Notes under the pieces: model-generated
Told to the model about the DNA's origin: nothing
Databases searched by the model: none
Seen by the model: the letters and a program-made list of their open reading frames with translations, nothing else
Translations under genes and position numbers: made by a program
Assembly (NCBI RefSeq): GCF_963921235.1
Contig: NC_086118.1
Coordinates: 29,638,001 to 29,702,000, forward strand
Reading direction: 5' to 3'
DNA length: 64,000 nucleotides
Source of the DNA: Mobula hypostoma
Taxonomy: Eukaryota
In this document: positions 40,140-53,879 of the stretch, one piece after another
Layout of the letters: each line of letters opens with the position of its first letter
Numbering within the stretch: the stretch's first letter is position 1

Positions 40140-41815
40140 CAAGTGGCCCTTTTCTGTTATCATTCTACTTGCTGATGTGCTCCAGTCTGGCCTCTAGAGG
40201 TGCAGCTCATTTTGCACGCACATCATTTTGTATGAAAATCACTCCCAGCCTTTCTAGGTTGATAACCATCTTAAATCGTTTTCTAGTGCAGAAGCAGTCA
40301 GCATACTGAAAGCAGCACAACACATGTTGGTGCTATCTAATCTTTGACTGCATAAGATCATATCTAACAATGTTGAGGTCATGCAACGTTTCTCATGTGA
40401 AGATCTGGCCAAAGGTCTACAGAATCTTGATCTTGGACAGCATCTCCCTCCTAAGTGATGCAGTCCGGGCCTTGGATGGGACCTTATTACTGACATACTT
40501 ACTTTGCTGCTCCAGTCAGGATCCATGTACCTTTCGTGTTAAGACAGTTGACTTTCGACACTTGTGGATGGGACGTCCCACTCCCTAAAGAAAAGTGTGA
40601 ACAGTGGCAGCAGTGGTGTTCTTTCTTTCAGGATTGTATTGGCTTAAAAATTGTAAGAACCTACACCACAGTTTCATTATCTATGGCACAAAAGAATGAG
40701 GCCTGCATCCTCTGTGATGCATCAACAAAGCTATTGCTGCTGCTGCTTATCTGAAGGTCACAGGCGCTGCTGGATGTAGTGAAGTTGGATTCATCCTGAG
40801 CAAAGTAAAGCTTGCTCCCAAACCAGATCTCATCATCCCAAGGCTTGAGCTCAGTGTTGCTGTTCTAGCAGTTGAGATGGCAGAGATTTAAGATGGTGCT
40901 ACTGAAGGCATGCGACAGCTTACTTGTAGTTCAGAAGGCAAGGAATTCAACTAAAAACATTATTAGTAACCCCTTTTCTGAAGTAAATAGTGGTAAACTA
41001 TCACTGCAAACAATGGAGAGGCGAGCAAAGACAGAGGGAACTAGAGGGATGAGCCATGCTGGTGCGTTGCAAAATTGATGCAGATGGATTTGGAGTGAGT
41101 GAGTCAGAGAGAAGGAATCAAGGCAGAGGAGTTTTGATGCCCATTCGATTAACCCAGGTGCGAGGTTGGATTGCTCTAAGCGCCAAACCAATTTGGAGAG
41201 GTTGAGAATGGCTTTAGGCTGGGCAGCATAGTTTAGGACCAGAGCGCTTCGCTGCGGTAGGGCTTGAATCCTAATGCGAGGCACAATCCACCATTTGGAC
41301 AATTTAAAAGTCGGCCCAAATAGACTGGAAAACCAGGGTGTCGGGACCAGAGGTGCGAGTTGCACTGATTTCGCTCACTCTCGCTCAATGTTCACTCCAC
41401 TCTCCATGATGCTGAGGCTGTGAGACTGCTCTGGTTGCTGTGCTTCATGACGATGAACCGAGACCGAGGCTCTGGGCCTACTCCAGGCTGCTCCGGGGAT
41501 TCGGATCGAAGGAATCCATTTGGCTTGGAATGCTGTGCTGGCTTCTATTGTTTGCATGATTTGTGGTGTTTACTTTTTCTCTGCACATTGGGTGTGGTCT
41601 TTTTTTAAATTGGGTTCTTTTGGGTTTCTTGCTTTGTAATTGCCTGCAAGCAGACAAATGTCATAGTAGTATAATTAATACATTCTTTGATAATAAATGT
41701 ATTTGAATCTTGAATCTTGATAACCAAAGAGCTGGCACAGAACGGGATGATATCAAGTTCTTTACTAACAGCAAGGCTGCACTTGGTTATATATTTAATG
41801 AAACAAGGAAATTCT
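40140..41815 (+). mobile_element. BEL/Pao LTR retrotransposon pol remnant, interrupted by a non-LTR insertion (~40889-41716)
   Basis: GWDVPLPKEKCEQWQQW, ILCDASTK, SKVKLAPKPDLIIPRLELSVAVLAV, resuming as DDIKFFTNSKAALGYIFNETRKF. Confidence 0.8.
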
Positions 41816-44556
41816 ATTCAAGTTCAAGTTTAATTGTCATTCAACCACATATGAATATCCATGAAAACAGCCAAATGAAACTAGGGCCAAGGTGCAAAAC
41901 ACATTGCCAACAGTCATACACAGCACAAGGCATATACAGCACATATAAGTCAACCATAAAATACAGTCCAAGTCCCTGATCTGTGAATGTTGCCGCAGTC
42001 TGCAGTTGAACACAATACAGCTTGTCTTCTGCCAAGTGGAGACTGGGAGGGCAGCACTAACTCCAGCATGGACACAGTGCCACATCGGCTGCAGCATTCT
42101 GTGGAGCACCTAGCTCCAATGTTTCCCCCAAGGTGGCTGCAAACAGGCAACACTGGGGCCTGAGGCCTAGCACTCTCTTCAACCGAGGCCATGCAGCTCC
42201 TTCGCTATCCACCCCTGCTGTTCGCCAATAAACCCATGAATTGGACTTGCAACATTCCACACCACCAATGTTCAACAGAGTCATGCAATCACAAGAAAAG
42301 TGACTAAAACAACCGCTCACTGGAATCTGCACACTGTCTTGGCGCACCAATACCTCTCTGTCGCAGGCAGCATCTGGGTATGCTCCAAGTCCAGTTCCTT
42401 CATTTTCTCCACAAATGAGCAACTCAATGATGGGTAGACCTGTAGTAATTTAAGTTCTTAATTTCCAGCAGGGCCTTGGATTGTAAAAAAATTATGTTTT
42501 TATGCTTGACCCCCATTGAAGCCGCCATGTCTAAATGTATCGCCAAATTACAAGTTAAGCGCGTGGAGAATCTGTGTTGAATTTAATATGTATTTTACTC
42601 AACTTTCTGAAATACCACATGTAAAATCTCATTAGAAACCCTGACTCTTCCATCTCGAGAGGTTTTTAAGATGGTTTTTAATTCAGTGCATAGCTTTGTA
42701 CATATGTACAAATCCCAAAAAAGTATCCTCAACAAAGTGTGGCATCAGGCCCGGAACATTGACTATCTATTCATTTCCATAGGTGCTGCCTGACCTGCTG
42801 AATTCCTCCAGCATTTTGGGTGTGTTGCAGTGTAATGTGTTTTCAACTTGGGTGAAAAATTCTGAAATTGTTATGTTGGACATAATTCACTTTTGAAAGT
42901 AATTGATATCTTTTGCTGACTTAGCCTAACTTGGGATTTGAGAATGAAAAACATATGCAACTGAGTGAAATCTGTGGGCCAATTTCTTCAAAAGATACTA
43001 AGAGCATCTGTCAAAATACTGGAAAATACTGACATTACTGAAACCCATATTTGGCAATTTTCCAAATGTAATAAATATTATGCATTTCACACATCCTTAT
43101 AAATATTTCCAGGCAGAGAATTCTAATGATTCTCTGTCTTCAGTGAAAATAAATTTCTGCAGACCATGGCAAATGGATTAGAAGAATGTGCACCAAACAG
43201 GCAAATGAGACTAGCAAAGATGGCCATCTTGGATGGCATGGACAATCAGGGCTGAAATGTCTGTTTCCACACTATTGATCTGACTCTAACTCTGATGCCA
43301 TTTCCAAATCATGAAATTAGCTTCTTGTGGAATGTTGATATTGTAAGTAGCATTTTGTTGCTTGACACAAGAAAAACTTTACTGGGTCGTTTTTCTTTCA
43401 CTCTTACGTTAATTTGTATAAATACTTATTTCTAACTCATCAGCTTCTTTGAAGTCCATGTCAGCTTCACTTTGAAGCTTGTCATATATTTTGTTAGTTT
43501 TCTAAATTTCAATATTTGTAGATCAAAAATAGTAATCCTTTTGCTTTTTCGGTATTTTATGCAGATGATGCTCCAAGAAGAACTTAAACTAAAAACTTTG
43601 TTTGGGATAGGATTTTTCTGTTGCTATGGGGGTTGAGGTACACAAAGGCTCAACAGAGGGACTGCTGAGGAAGTGTTTTGCTGCTGAGCTCACTTATTGA
43701 ATTTGCAACCAATTAGGTAGGATACAAGCTTAAAGTATGTGCAAGATATTGATCATTAGTCAACAAAGGGGGAGCTTTATGGTTGCAGCATGTACTTTAG
43801 ATCTCCTGTGTGATCGGAACAGAATATACACAAATAGCTGAAAGAAATCCAATCCTAGGAATGGAAGGAATAAACAACGAACAAACTAACAAAATTAGTC
43901 TCATTTAAATAATGCTAAGTAAAATGGAATACAGTTTAAGTCATTAAATTTGCAAGATTTCAGGAAGGAAGTACAATTAATTATATATTAAACAGCTTTG
44001 ACAAATAGTACCACAGATCTCAAAATGTATTCTTCAGGATAATTAATGTGTAATGTACATTTACACATGTAAACTCTTTGTTAAATTTGATGTACCACAG
44101 TGATTGCTTATGTAGCTGCAAAGAAATTGGCTTTTCATAAGGTGACTTTAAAGTGGTAACAGACTTGGGGTTTGGCGGGGGAGGGGAATCAGCAGATATT
44201 GGGGTAGAAGAAGGTGTTGCAAGTGGATGTAGATGAGGGGTGGAAATGAGGCTTGATGGGTGGTGTGATTGGGTTAGCTTCTGAGAAACATGGTAGGCAA
44301 TTGAATGCATCAGTCGGAATGGATCAAAACAATGATCCAAACTTACTTGGACCAATTAATTCTAGATTTTCTTCTCCAACACCCCAGAATTTCAGAAAAT
44401 GTTATTTAAAAAGATTTTGCAGAACTGGAAATTGAAGGTGCTGGGGACAGATGCTGTCTGTACTGAACTGGAATCATCCAGACATGTTGCAGAAATGATT
44501 GCCTGTTGCATTCTGGGTGAACATGCCAAGAAATGAAGAAATGAAGAAAAAAGCAC

Positions 44557-44885
44557 CGGCCGGCTGGTGGCACAATGACATCGGTGCCGGACCTGGGAGC
44601 GGAGGTTCCCAGGTTCGAGACCAGTCGGGTCCACTCCCGAGTGCGCCTTCCATCCGTGCCGGGTTGAGTGTCGAGATCGCAACTCGACCTTGTAAAATAA
44701 AGGGAAAAATACCGTGAAAATGTCTGTGTGAGGAGTGGCGAGCCACACAGTCTCTCTCTCTCGCGCTCTCGCTCTACGCCTTGTAAAAAGCCATGAACAA
44801 GACATCGTCACGGACGCAAGGACGCACACACACATGCACACGCACATGCACAGACTCGCACGCACACAGGCACATGCCAAAAAAA
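44557..44885 (+). mobile_element. Young tRNA-derived SINE
   Basis: A box tggcacaatga, B box ggttcgagacc, CpG-rich, (CA/CG)-rich tail then A-run; 13-bp TSD aagaaa(a/g)aagcac at 44544-44556 and 44886-44898. Confidence 0.85.
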
Positions 44886-45420
44886 AAGAAAGAAGCACAA
44901 GGGAAGGAGGCAGGACTGAAGGTGAAGGTAACCAGCACATAAGTGAAGAAGTTGCCAGCAGTGAAGTGGAACAGCTGTATTTTTTCCTTTCAAAGATGGA
45001 ATGACGGGAAATTTGTGGATTACTCTTCATTCATAGTTGGAATAATTGGAAACTTGTAGATAGCTATTGATTCATAGAAAGAATGATGGGGAACTTTGTG
45101 GATAGCTGCTAAGCGAATTGCAGATATTTCTGCCATACATACAGTAGCTTCATTCTATTAAACTAGAACAATAAGAAGACATAATTAAGTTATCACTAAG
45201 GTTGTTACTTTGCCACAGATAAAATACAGTATATCCCTTTTTTGTCTTCTAGGAATCTAATTGAATCTTGCAGAGCCTTTATTTGGGCATTTCAGATGAT
45301 TCCAGTCCTCTGTGGGTCCACTTGAAGTTTTAACAGGGTTTTTTTTAGGGATTAGTCTAACTCCAAATCTGTTGTGGCTGACCTACATTTTTTACCTCTT
45401 AATTTGTCTGTTCAATAGCT

Positions 45421-46177
45421 CAGGGGTCCCCAACCTTTTTTGCACCGCGGACTGGTTTAATATTGACAATATTCTTGGGACCGGCCGATCGGGGGTGGGG
45501 GGATGGTGTTCAAGTAGGGTTAAACTCACCTTAACATGTCTCTTACAGTGAGGGTTGCTAACTTTCTCACTCCCAGATAAGGGACAAAAGTAGCAGTCAA
45601 ATACGGGACAGTGTTTACCACGAGAAAGACTACCATGACCATGAAGCCTTGTGCGGGCACCTGTGTGCACATGCGTGATGTGCGCATGTGCGTACGTGCC
45701 GATTTTTTTCCCACAAATCAGTTTTGTCTTAATCTTCCTGACTACACTGTACATGCATTATTTCTACTTTATATAGGCTGTGTATTTATCATATCAATCC
45801 TGCTTTTACTATATGTTAGTGTTATTTTAGATTTTATGTGTTATTTGGTATGATTTGGTAGGTTATTTTTTGGGCCTGGGAACACTCAAAAATTTTTGCC
45901 CATATAAATTAATGGTAATTGCTTCTTTGCTTTACACCATTTCGGCACAAAAGGTTTCATAGGAACGCTCTACCTTAGTGGGGGAAATACGGGACAAGGG
46001 CGGTCCCCTATAGGACAAACCAATTTAGCCCAATATACAGGATGTCCCAGCAAATATGGGACAGTTGTTCAAGTTCAACAGTGCGTGACAGGGAATGAGG
46101 AAAGGTACAGCTGACTCATATCATTTCCTCACAGCCTGGTAGCGCATGCTTTGCGGCCCAGTGGTTGGGGACTGCTG
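45421..46177. mobile_element. hAT MITE
   Basis: TIRs caggggtccccaacc / ggttggggactgctg; perfect 8-bp TSD caatagct (45413-45420, 46178-46185). Confidence 0.92.
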
Positions 46178-47242
46178 CAATAGCTAACCCTTGTCTTCCA
46201 CTCTCATGTGCTCATCCAATCCACTGCTGTTTGTTTCCAACTCGTGTCTAACATGTCAGCCACTTCTGTTCTTTTGTTCAAATTTTATCTCCCTCACTAT
46301 CCTGATTAACTCTTCAATTTAATGAAGGGTTACCATGGCAATCTGACCTCATCTTATTGGAGCTCTGCCCTTTGTACTATTCCTCCTTTTAGCACCTCCA
46401 CTGTAACTTTAATCTGCTCTATTTTCCCAGTTCTCTAGAAAGTCTTTGACCTGAGACATTAATCCTGTTCCTCTTTCCACCAATGCTGCCTGATCTCGAA
46501 GTTCAACGTAAATTTATTATCAAAGTACATAGATGTCATCATATGCTACCCTGAGATTTATTTTCCTGCGGGCATTCACACTAAGTACAAAGAAACACAA
46601 TAAAATCAGTGAAAAACTACACACAAACAAATGCAGACAAACAACCAATATGAAAAGGTCAACAAATTGTGCAAATACTAAAAGGAAAACAAAATGATAA
46701 TTACAGATAAATAAACATTAAATAATATAGAGAACAGGAGTTGCAGAGTCCTTGAACATGAGTCCATAGGTTGTGGAATCAGTTCGGACTTCGGTGTTGG
46801 GTTGAGTGATGTTATCCATGCTTGCTCAGGAGCCTGATGACTGAGGGGTAATAATTGAACCTGAACCTGCTGCTGTGCAACCTAAGGCTCCTGTACCTCC
46901 TTTCTAATGGCAGTAGTGAGAAGAGAGTTCTGTTGTGCTTTCCAGCATTTTCTGTTTATCTTTTCAATTTGCAGCATTTGAAGTTTTTTGATTGACATCT
47001 AGTACTTTAAATTCATCTGCTCACTGATCTTTATTAGCTCCTGGTTAATCAAGGACTCAATCTTACTTAATTTATTCCAGTGGATTTGCAGCTCATCTTC
47101 ACTCACACACCGTTCCTTTAGATTTTATCCTGTAGCATAATTCTAATTTACAAAACAGTATCAGCGCTATAATTAGTAAAGCAATCACACATGTATCAGA
47201 AACATTTAATAGATTATTGTAGAAAAGGAACAAAATATATAG

Positions 47243-48052
47243 TGTCACGTACTCCATGACGGGTTAAAGAACCAGCAGAAATGGAAAACATCTTGGAGTC
47301 TGGTATTGCTGTTAACTAATGGTATTTATTAGTAACTATGTAATACAGTTATATAAATTCAGATAAATCAAACAGGTTAGCAATGAATATATATATGTGT
47401 GGAAATATAAAAACTAAGCTTCTTCAAGCCTAGGGGTAAATGGATACAGTCTTACGGTGATGGGTAAAGGGAATCAGTTCAGTTTGTGGTATTCAGTTGA
47501 GTAGTGATGGAAAGAGAGGGGTGTTGCGGTTGTCCAAGTAAGCCGATGCTGTTGATTCTTCCCGTTGTCCTCCGAAACTTCCAAGTTAGGCAAACTTGAC
47601 CAACTTAAGAGCACTGTCTTCAAGTGATAGTCTCCCAACCCAGGCAAAGGTTAGACACACAGGTAGACTCCACAGGGTCGCTCTTTCATTTACTACTAAT
47701 CACAGATCAATCCCTCACAATCGATCCTCAGTCCCACACTCATGGGCACTTGAACAGAATAGTGGTAACTTCACCACACCTTAGTGTGTCTGTGTGTCCT
47801 GTGAAACAGGCAATTACACTGGTTTAAATACTGTTGTGCTCAACACCAGCTGTCCATCAAGTAGCTCCTCCCTTCTCTCACTGTAGGAACTCAGAAGCTG
47901 GCACTGTCCTTGCAGAAATTCCAAACAAACTGTGAGCAGTCTTCGCCTCTCTCTCTCTCTCTCTTAGTAACAAGGTGTTTGTGCTGTATAGCTCTCTCTC
48001 TCTCTCTTTATAAAAGCACAGTTCATACGGGATAATTCAGGATTCCGTCACA
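47243..48052 (-). mobile_element. Solo LTR (probably Gypsy-type)
   Basis: TGTCACG...CGTCACA termini, 4-bp TSD atag, AATAAA on minus strand near 47325. Confidence 0.85.
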
Positions 48053-48182
48053 ATAGTGATGGAAATACAAACGTAAATTCAACATATTAAATCTTTTTAA
48101 GAAGTAGTAAAAACTGAATGAGTGTAGATGAATATATTAATTCATGGTCACTCTAAAAATAAAACCCCCAAAGCTGAGGGGG

Positions 48183-48365
48183 TTTATTTATTTATTTGTT
48201 TGTTTGTTTGTTTGTTTGTTTGTTTGTTTATTCATTTATTGAGATACAGATGGAATAGGCCAGCAATCCCCTATTTAACTCGAGCCTAATCATGAGACTA
48301 TTTACAATAGCCAAGTAACCTACCAACTGGTACGTTTTTGGACTGTGGGAGGAAACTGGAGCATT
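48183..48365 (-). repeat. (TTTA)/(TTTG)n microsatellite tail of a truncated V-SINE
   Basis: Run of tttg repeats followed by ggactgtgggaggaaactggagca. Confidence 0.8.
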
Positions 48366-49209
48366 CGAATCACTAAGAATTTTCACTGGAGTCTTACTCA
48401 GTGATAATGCATATTGCTGTTGTGGAACAAGAAACTGTCAGAATGAAAGGACAGGATTGATATACTACATGTACTCCCATTGTTCGATGTTATTCTTTCC
48501 CATACACATTTGCTGTCATTCATGTCTCAGAACAACAATCCCGATTGCTTCATCTTTCCTTTGTGATCATTGTTTTGACTAACATAATTTTCTAAGAAGG
48601 TGAAGCCAAATGCTTTAAACTTGAAAACAAACACAGCCTACACAGCACTTACTGCAAATGCTTAAATTTCTTTGGCTCCTTTTATCACATCCACTACTGT
48701 AGCCCTGATTCCACAATAATTTTAAAATTCTTCTTGGGATGTTTACTTATTTACATATGAAGTCTATGATATTCATAATGTTTCATCAATGATAACACTA
48801 ATAACTTACACAAACAAAAATGTGGCTTCTGAGGTAACTTCATCAATCTGAACAAAGGATACCATCCATCATTTTTACTGGCTTAATTGCTGTGGCCATA
48901 CTTTCACCCACATGCCAAACTATACAGTGATTCTCTATCTTTCCAAACATCCAATATTTTACTCTCTTCCTAGTTCAAAGGTAAAATTGTCTTATCATAT
49001 TTTCAAACCCCATGATAGATTCCTTATTGAAAAGTAATCTTCCCCTTTTTCCATTAATCACTGCAAACATTTTTGTTGAGTTAAGTCAATATCTCACTCA
49101 TTTCATTTCCTCCAGCTTCATTTTCCTCCCACACCACCAATTTTTAAAAAAACCTTCCCTTGACTTTCCATCCATGTAGACCATCTTTATCATCTCCACC
49201 TAAAATACT

Positions 49210-50007
49210 CATAGTCATAGTTATAGTCATAGTCATACTTTATTGATCCCGGGGAATATTGGTTTTCGTAACAGTTGCACCATAAATAATTAAACAGTAA
49301 TAAAACCATAAATAGCTAAATAGTAATATGTAAGTTATGCCAGGAAATAAGTCCAGGACCAGCCTATGGGCTCGGGGTGTCTGACCCTCTAAGGAAGGAG
49401 TTGTAAAGTTTGATGGCCACAGGCAGGAATGACTTCCTATGACGCTCTGTGTTGCATCTCGGTGGAATGAGTCTCTGGCTGAGTGTACTCCTGTGCCCAA
49501 CCAGTATATTATGTAGTGGATGGGAGACATTGTCCAAGATGGCATGCAACCTGGACAGCATCCTCTTTTCAGACACCACCGTCAGAGAGTCCAGTTCCAT
49601 CCCCACAACATCATTGGCCTTACGAATGAGTTTGTTGATTCTGTTGCTGTCTGCTACCCTCAGCCTGCTGCCCCAGCACACAACAGCAAACATGATCGCA
49701 CTGGCCACCACAGACTTGTAGAACATCCTCAGCATCGTCCGGCAGATGTTAAAGGACCTCAGTCTCCTCAGGAAATAGAGACGGCTCTGACCTTTCTTGT
49801 AGACAGCCTCAGTGTTCTTTGACCAGTCCAGTTTATTGTCAATTCGTATCCCCAGGTATTTGTAATCCTCCACCATGTCCACACTGATCCCCTGGATGGA
49901 AACAGGGGTCACCGGTACCTTAGCTCTCCTCAGGTCTACCACCAGCTCCTTAGTCTTTTTCAGATTAAGCTGCAGATAATTCTGCTGACACCAAGTGACA
50001 AAGTTGA
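49210..50007 (-). mobile_element. Young 5'-truncated Rex1/Babar LINE
   Basis: Uninterrupted 218-aa frame LQLNLKKTKELVVDLR...YKYLG...KKGQSRLYFLRRLRSF; (ACTATG)n tail. Confidence 0.9.
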
Positions 50008-50744
50008 CAAAATGTGACAAAAGCTTGTTAACAGCAAGTTCTTTACCACTTCTTCAATGATGTGACCTAGACTCAGCCAGTTCCATGACAGGCACAGTCC
50101 TCCCTGCAGTCGAGGCCCTCTTCAAGGGGCGGTGCCTTTAAAAACCTCCACCATTTGAGGATGCCCCCTTTTCCTTATTACTGTCAGGAAGGAGGTATAG
50201 GAGACTGAAGACCCACACTCAATGTTTCAAAAACGTATTCTTCCCCGCTACCATCAGATTTTTGAATGAACCATGAAAACATGAACACTATCTTGTTACT
50301 TGTGTTTTGCACAACCTATTTTATCACTTAAAACAAAAAAATTTCACAACATATATCAGTGATAATAAAGCTGATTCAGACCCTACTGCTATCTTCAAAC
50401 ACTGTTCCTATCATCAGTGCCCAGTCATTGGAATACTCATTCACTGACTGACTCATATTTTGAAATCCTTAACCTTTACTGTCATTCACTGAGCGCTGTT
50501 AAGCTCAAATAATTGCTAATCTGCTTTTAATGGATTTGTTCATTACAAATCAATTACTTTTCTATTCCTGTAGTTTGACTTGCTGGTATTTTATTCAAAT
50601 AACAAATTAGAGCAGACTTAAGCTTGGGTCATTCAAATTGACGCAAAAATCACCAGATCTGACTCGACCATATGACGTAGGAGCAAAATTAGATCATTCA
50701 GTTCAATGCTCTGCCATTCCATCATGGCTGGCTTAATATCCCTC

Positions 50745-51904
50745 TGTTTATGGACTTCAGTTCAGCATTTAACACCATCATACCCCAGAAATTGGTGGGG
50801 AAACTGCCCTCACAGGGCCTCAAAACCATCCTCTGTAACAGGATCCTGGACTTCTTAGCGGAAAGGCTGCAGTCAGCAATAGTCTGAATATGCTGAGCAC
50901 CGGCGCTCCCCAAGGCTCTGTGCTCACCCACCACTGTTCACATTGCTGATACATGAGTGTGTCGCAGGATTCAGCTCAAACCAAGTCATCAGGCTTGCAG
51001 ATGGCACAACAGTGGTTGGCATCATCAACAATGATGCTAAGTCGGAGTACAGAGTGGAAGTGGAGCGGCTGGTGGACTGGTGTGAGAGGAACAGCCTAAA
51101 TCTGAACGTGGAAAATCATTGTGGACTTCAGGAAGGTATACCACCCTCTGTGAATACATGGCTCCTCTATAAAGAGCATTAAGTGCACCAAGTTTCTAGG
51201 ATTTTTCATCATGGACGACCTCACCTGGTCCCTCAACATCACCTCCCTAAACAAGAAGGCACAGCAACACCACCACTTCCTAAGCAGGTCGCAGATGGAG
51301 ACAAGCAAAGAACCACCCCGCCCACTCCATTTTAACTCAATTGTACAGGAGCACCACTGAGAGAATCTTGACAATCTGCATCCCATCTGGTATGGGAGCA
51401 GCCGAGCATTGGACCAGATGTCCCTACAAAGGACTGTGAGATCGGCTGAGTAGATCATAGGGATCGGCCTACCATCCATTGGGGAGATTTATCAGGATCA
51501 CTGCCTACACAGAGCCCTTAGTATTATCAAGGATCCCACCCATCCATCCAGCATCCTCTTTGACTTTCTACCATCAGGCAGGAGACTCCAACGCCTGAAA
51601 ACAAGAACGGTCAGGATGGGAAACAGTTTCTTCCCTCAGGCCATTAGGCTTCTGAACCCTCTGCCGTACCACATTCAAAATGTCACCATTTAACCTGTTC
51701 TGTACCTGACAATATTTAATTTATGCATTTTAATTTGTTTAATTATGCATAATTTATCCGTAGAATTAATCCTTACTTTCCTAAGTTATTGTACGTTATA
51801 GGTGTGTTACGTACTTCTGTGTTTTATACCCTGGTTCCGAGAAATGCTGTCTCATTTGACGATATACATGGATATAGTTAAATAACAATAAACCTGACTT
51901 GACT
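50745..51904 (+). mobile_element. Rex1/Babar LINE fragment inserted in CR1 3' end
   Basis: [32 protein letters not shown] motifs; (gactt) tail. Confidence 0.85.
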
Positions 51905-52143
51905 CTCAACCCCATTCTCCTGCCTTCTCCCCGTAATCTTTGACACCCTGACTAATCAAGAACCTATCAAACTCCACTTTAACTATACTCAATGACTTGG
52001 CCTCCAGAGCTGTCTGTGGCAATGAATTCCACAAATTCTCTACCCTCTGGATACATAAATTCCTCTTTGTTCTAAATGTATGTCCCTCTATTCTGAGGCT
52101 GTGCCCTCTGGTCCTGGACTCACCCATAATGGGATACCATCCT

Positions 52144-52751
52144 TCAAAGTTGCTGGTGAACGCAGCAGGCCAGGCAGCATCTCTAGGAAGAGGTACAGTC
52201 GACGTTTTGGGCCGAGACCCTTTGTCAGGACTAACTGAAGGAAGAGCTAGTAAGAGATTTGAAAGTGGGAGGGGGAAGGGGAGATCCAAAATAATAGGAG
52301 AAGACAGGAGGGGGAGGGATGGAGCCAAGAGCTGGACAGTTGATTGGCAAAAGGGATATGAGAGGATCACGGGACAGGAGGCCTAGGGAGAAAGAAAAGG
52401 GGGAGGGGGGAAAAAAGACAGAGGATGGGCAAGGGGTATAGTGGGAGGGACAGAGGGAGAAAAAGGAGAGAGAGAAAAAGCATATGTGTATATAAATAAA
52501 TAACGGATGGGGTACGAGGGGGAGGTGGGGCATTAGCGTAAGTTTGAGAAGTCAATGTTCATGCCATCAGGTTGGAGGCTACCCAGATGGAATATAAGGT
52601 GTTGTTCCTCCAACCTGAGTGTGGCTTCATCTTTATAGTAGAGGAGGCCATGGATAGACATATTAGAATGGGAATGGGACATGGAATTAAAATGTGTGAC
52701 ATATCAGAATGTGTTGCTTGAATTTCCAGCATCTGCAGATTTCCTCGTGTT
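52144..52751 (-). mobile_element. Penelope-like 3' end with short inverted tail
   Basis: Same family as 29409-30276; TSD atgggatac(c)atcct at 52129-52143 and 52752-52765. Confidence 0.88.
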
Positions 52752-53879
52752 ATGGGATACATCCTCTTCAGGTCCACTCTAGCTAGTCCTCTTAATATTT
52801 AATAGGTGTCAATGAGATTCCCCCCTCAGTCTTCTAAACTCCAACGTGTACAGGCCCAGAGCCATCAAAAGTCCATCACACCTTAACCCTTTCATTCCCA
52901 GAATCATTCTCCTGAACCTCCTCTGGACAATCTCCCATTACAACACATCTTTTCTTAGATAAGGAGCGCAAACCTGCTCACAACATTCCTAGTGCCATCT
53001 GACCAATGCCTTATAAAACCACAGTGTCACATCCTTGCTCTAGTATTCCAGTCCTCTCAAAATGAATGTTAATATTGCATTTGCCTTCCTTACCACTGAC
53101 TTAACCTGCAAGTTAATCTTTAGGGAATCCTGCACAATAACTCCCAAGTTTCTTTGCACCTCCAATTTTTGAATTTTCTCCCTGTTCAGAAAATAATCTA
53201 TGCCTTTATTCCTTCTACCAAATGACCATAAATTTCCCTGTACTATATTCCATCTGCCAATTCTCTGCCTACTGTCCCAATCTGTCTAAGTCCTTCTGCA
53301 TACTCTATGCTTCCTCAACACTAGCTCCTACTCCACCTAACTTCGTATCATCTACAAACCTGGCCACAAAGCCATCAATTACATATTTCAAGTCACTGAC
53401 ATATAACGTGAATAGAATTGGTCCCAACACCTAATTCTGCAGAACACCACTAGTGATTGGCAACCAACCAGAAAAGGTTCCTTTTTTCCCCACTCTTTGC
53501 CTTCTGCCAGTCAGCCAATCTTCTATCTATGCTACTACCTTTCCCGTAATACTATAGGTTCTTACCTTGTTAAGCAGCCTCATGTGTAGCACATTGTCAA
53601 AGGCCTTCTGAAAATCCAAGTAAACAACATCCACTGTCTCTCCTTTGTCTATCCTGCCTGTTATTTCCTCAAGGAATTCCAACAGATTTGTCAGGCAAGA
53701 TTTCCCCTTGAGGAAACAAACGTTGATTGTGACCTATTTTATTATGTGTCTCCAAGTACCATGAAACCGCATCAATTGACTCCAATATCTTCCCAAACAC
53801 TGAAGTCAGGCTAAATAACATAGAACATAGAATAGTACAGCACAGTACAGGCCCTTCAGCCCGCAATGTTGTGTCACCC

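Noticed and set aside
44250..44550. Possible Harbinger transposase C-terminal remnant (MIACCIL)
   Set aside because: Single short motif, no supporting frame or TIR.
44392..45030. 212-aa minus-strand ORF
   Set aside because: Runs through a SINE and its microsatellite tail; low complexity.
48540..49200. Purine-rich minus strand suggesting a TRIM/RING-like pseudogene (also 58860-59390)
   Set aside because: Many stops, no convincing Cys/His pattern, and domain order inconsistent.
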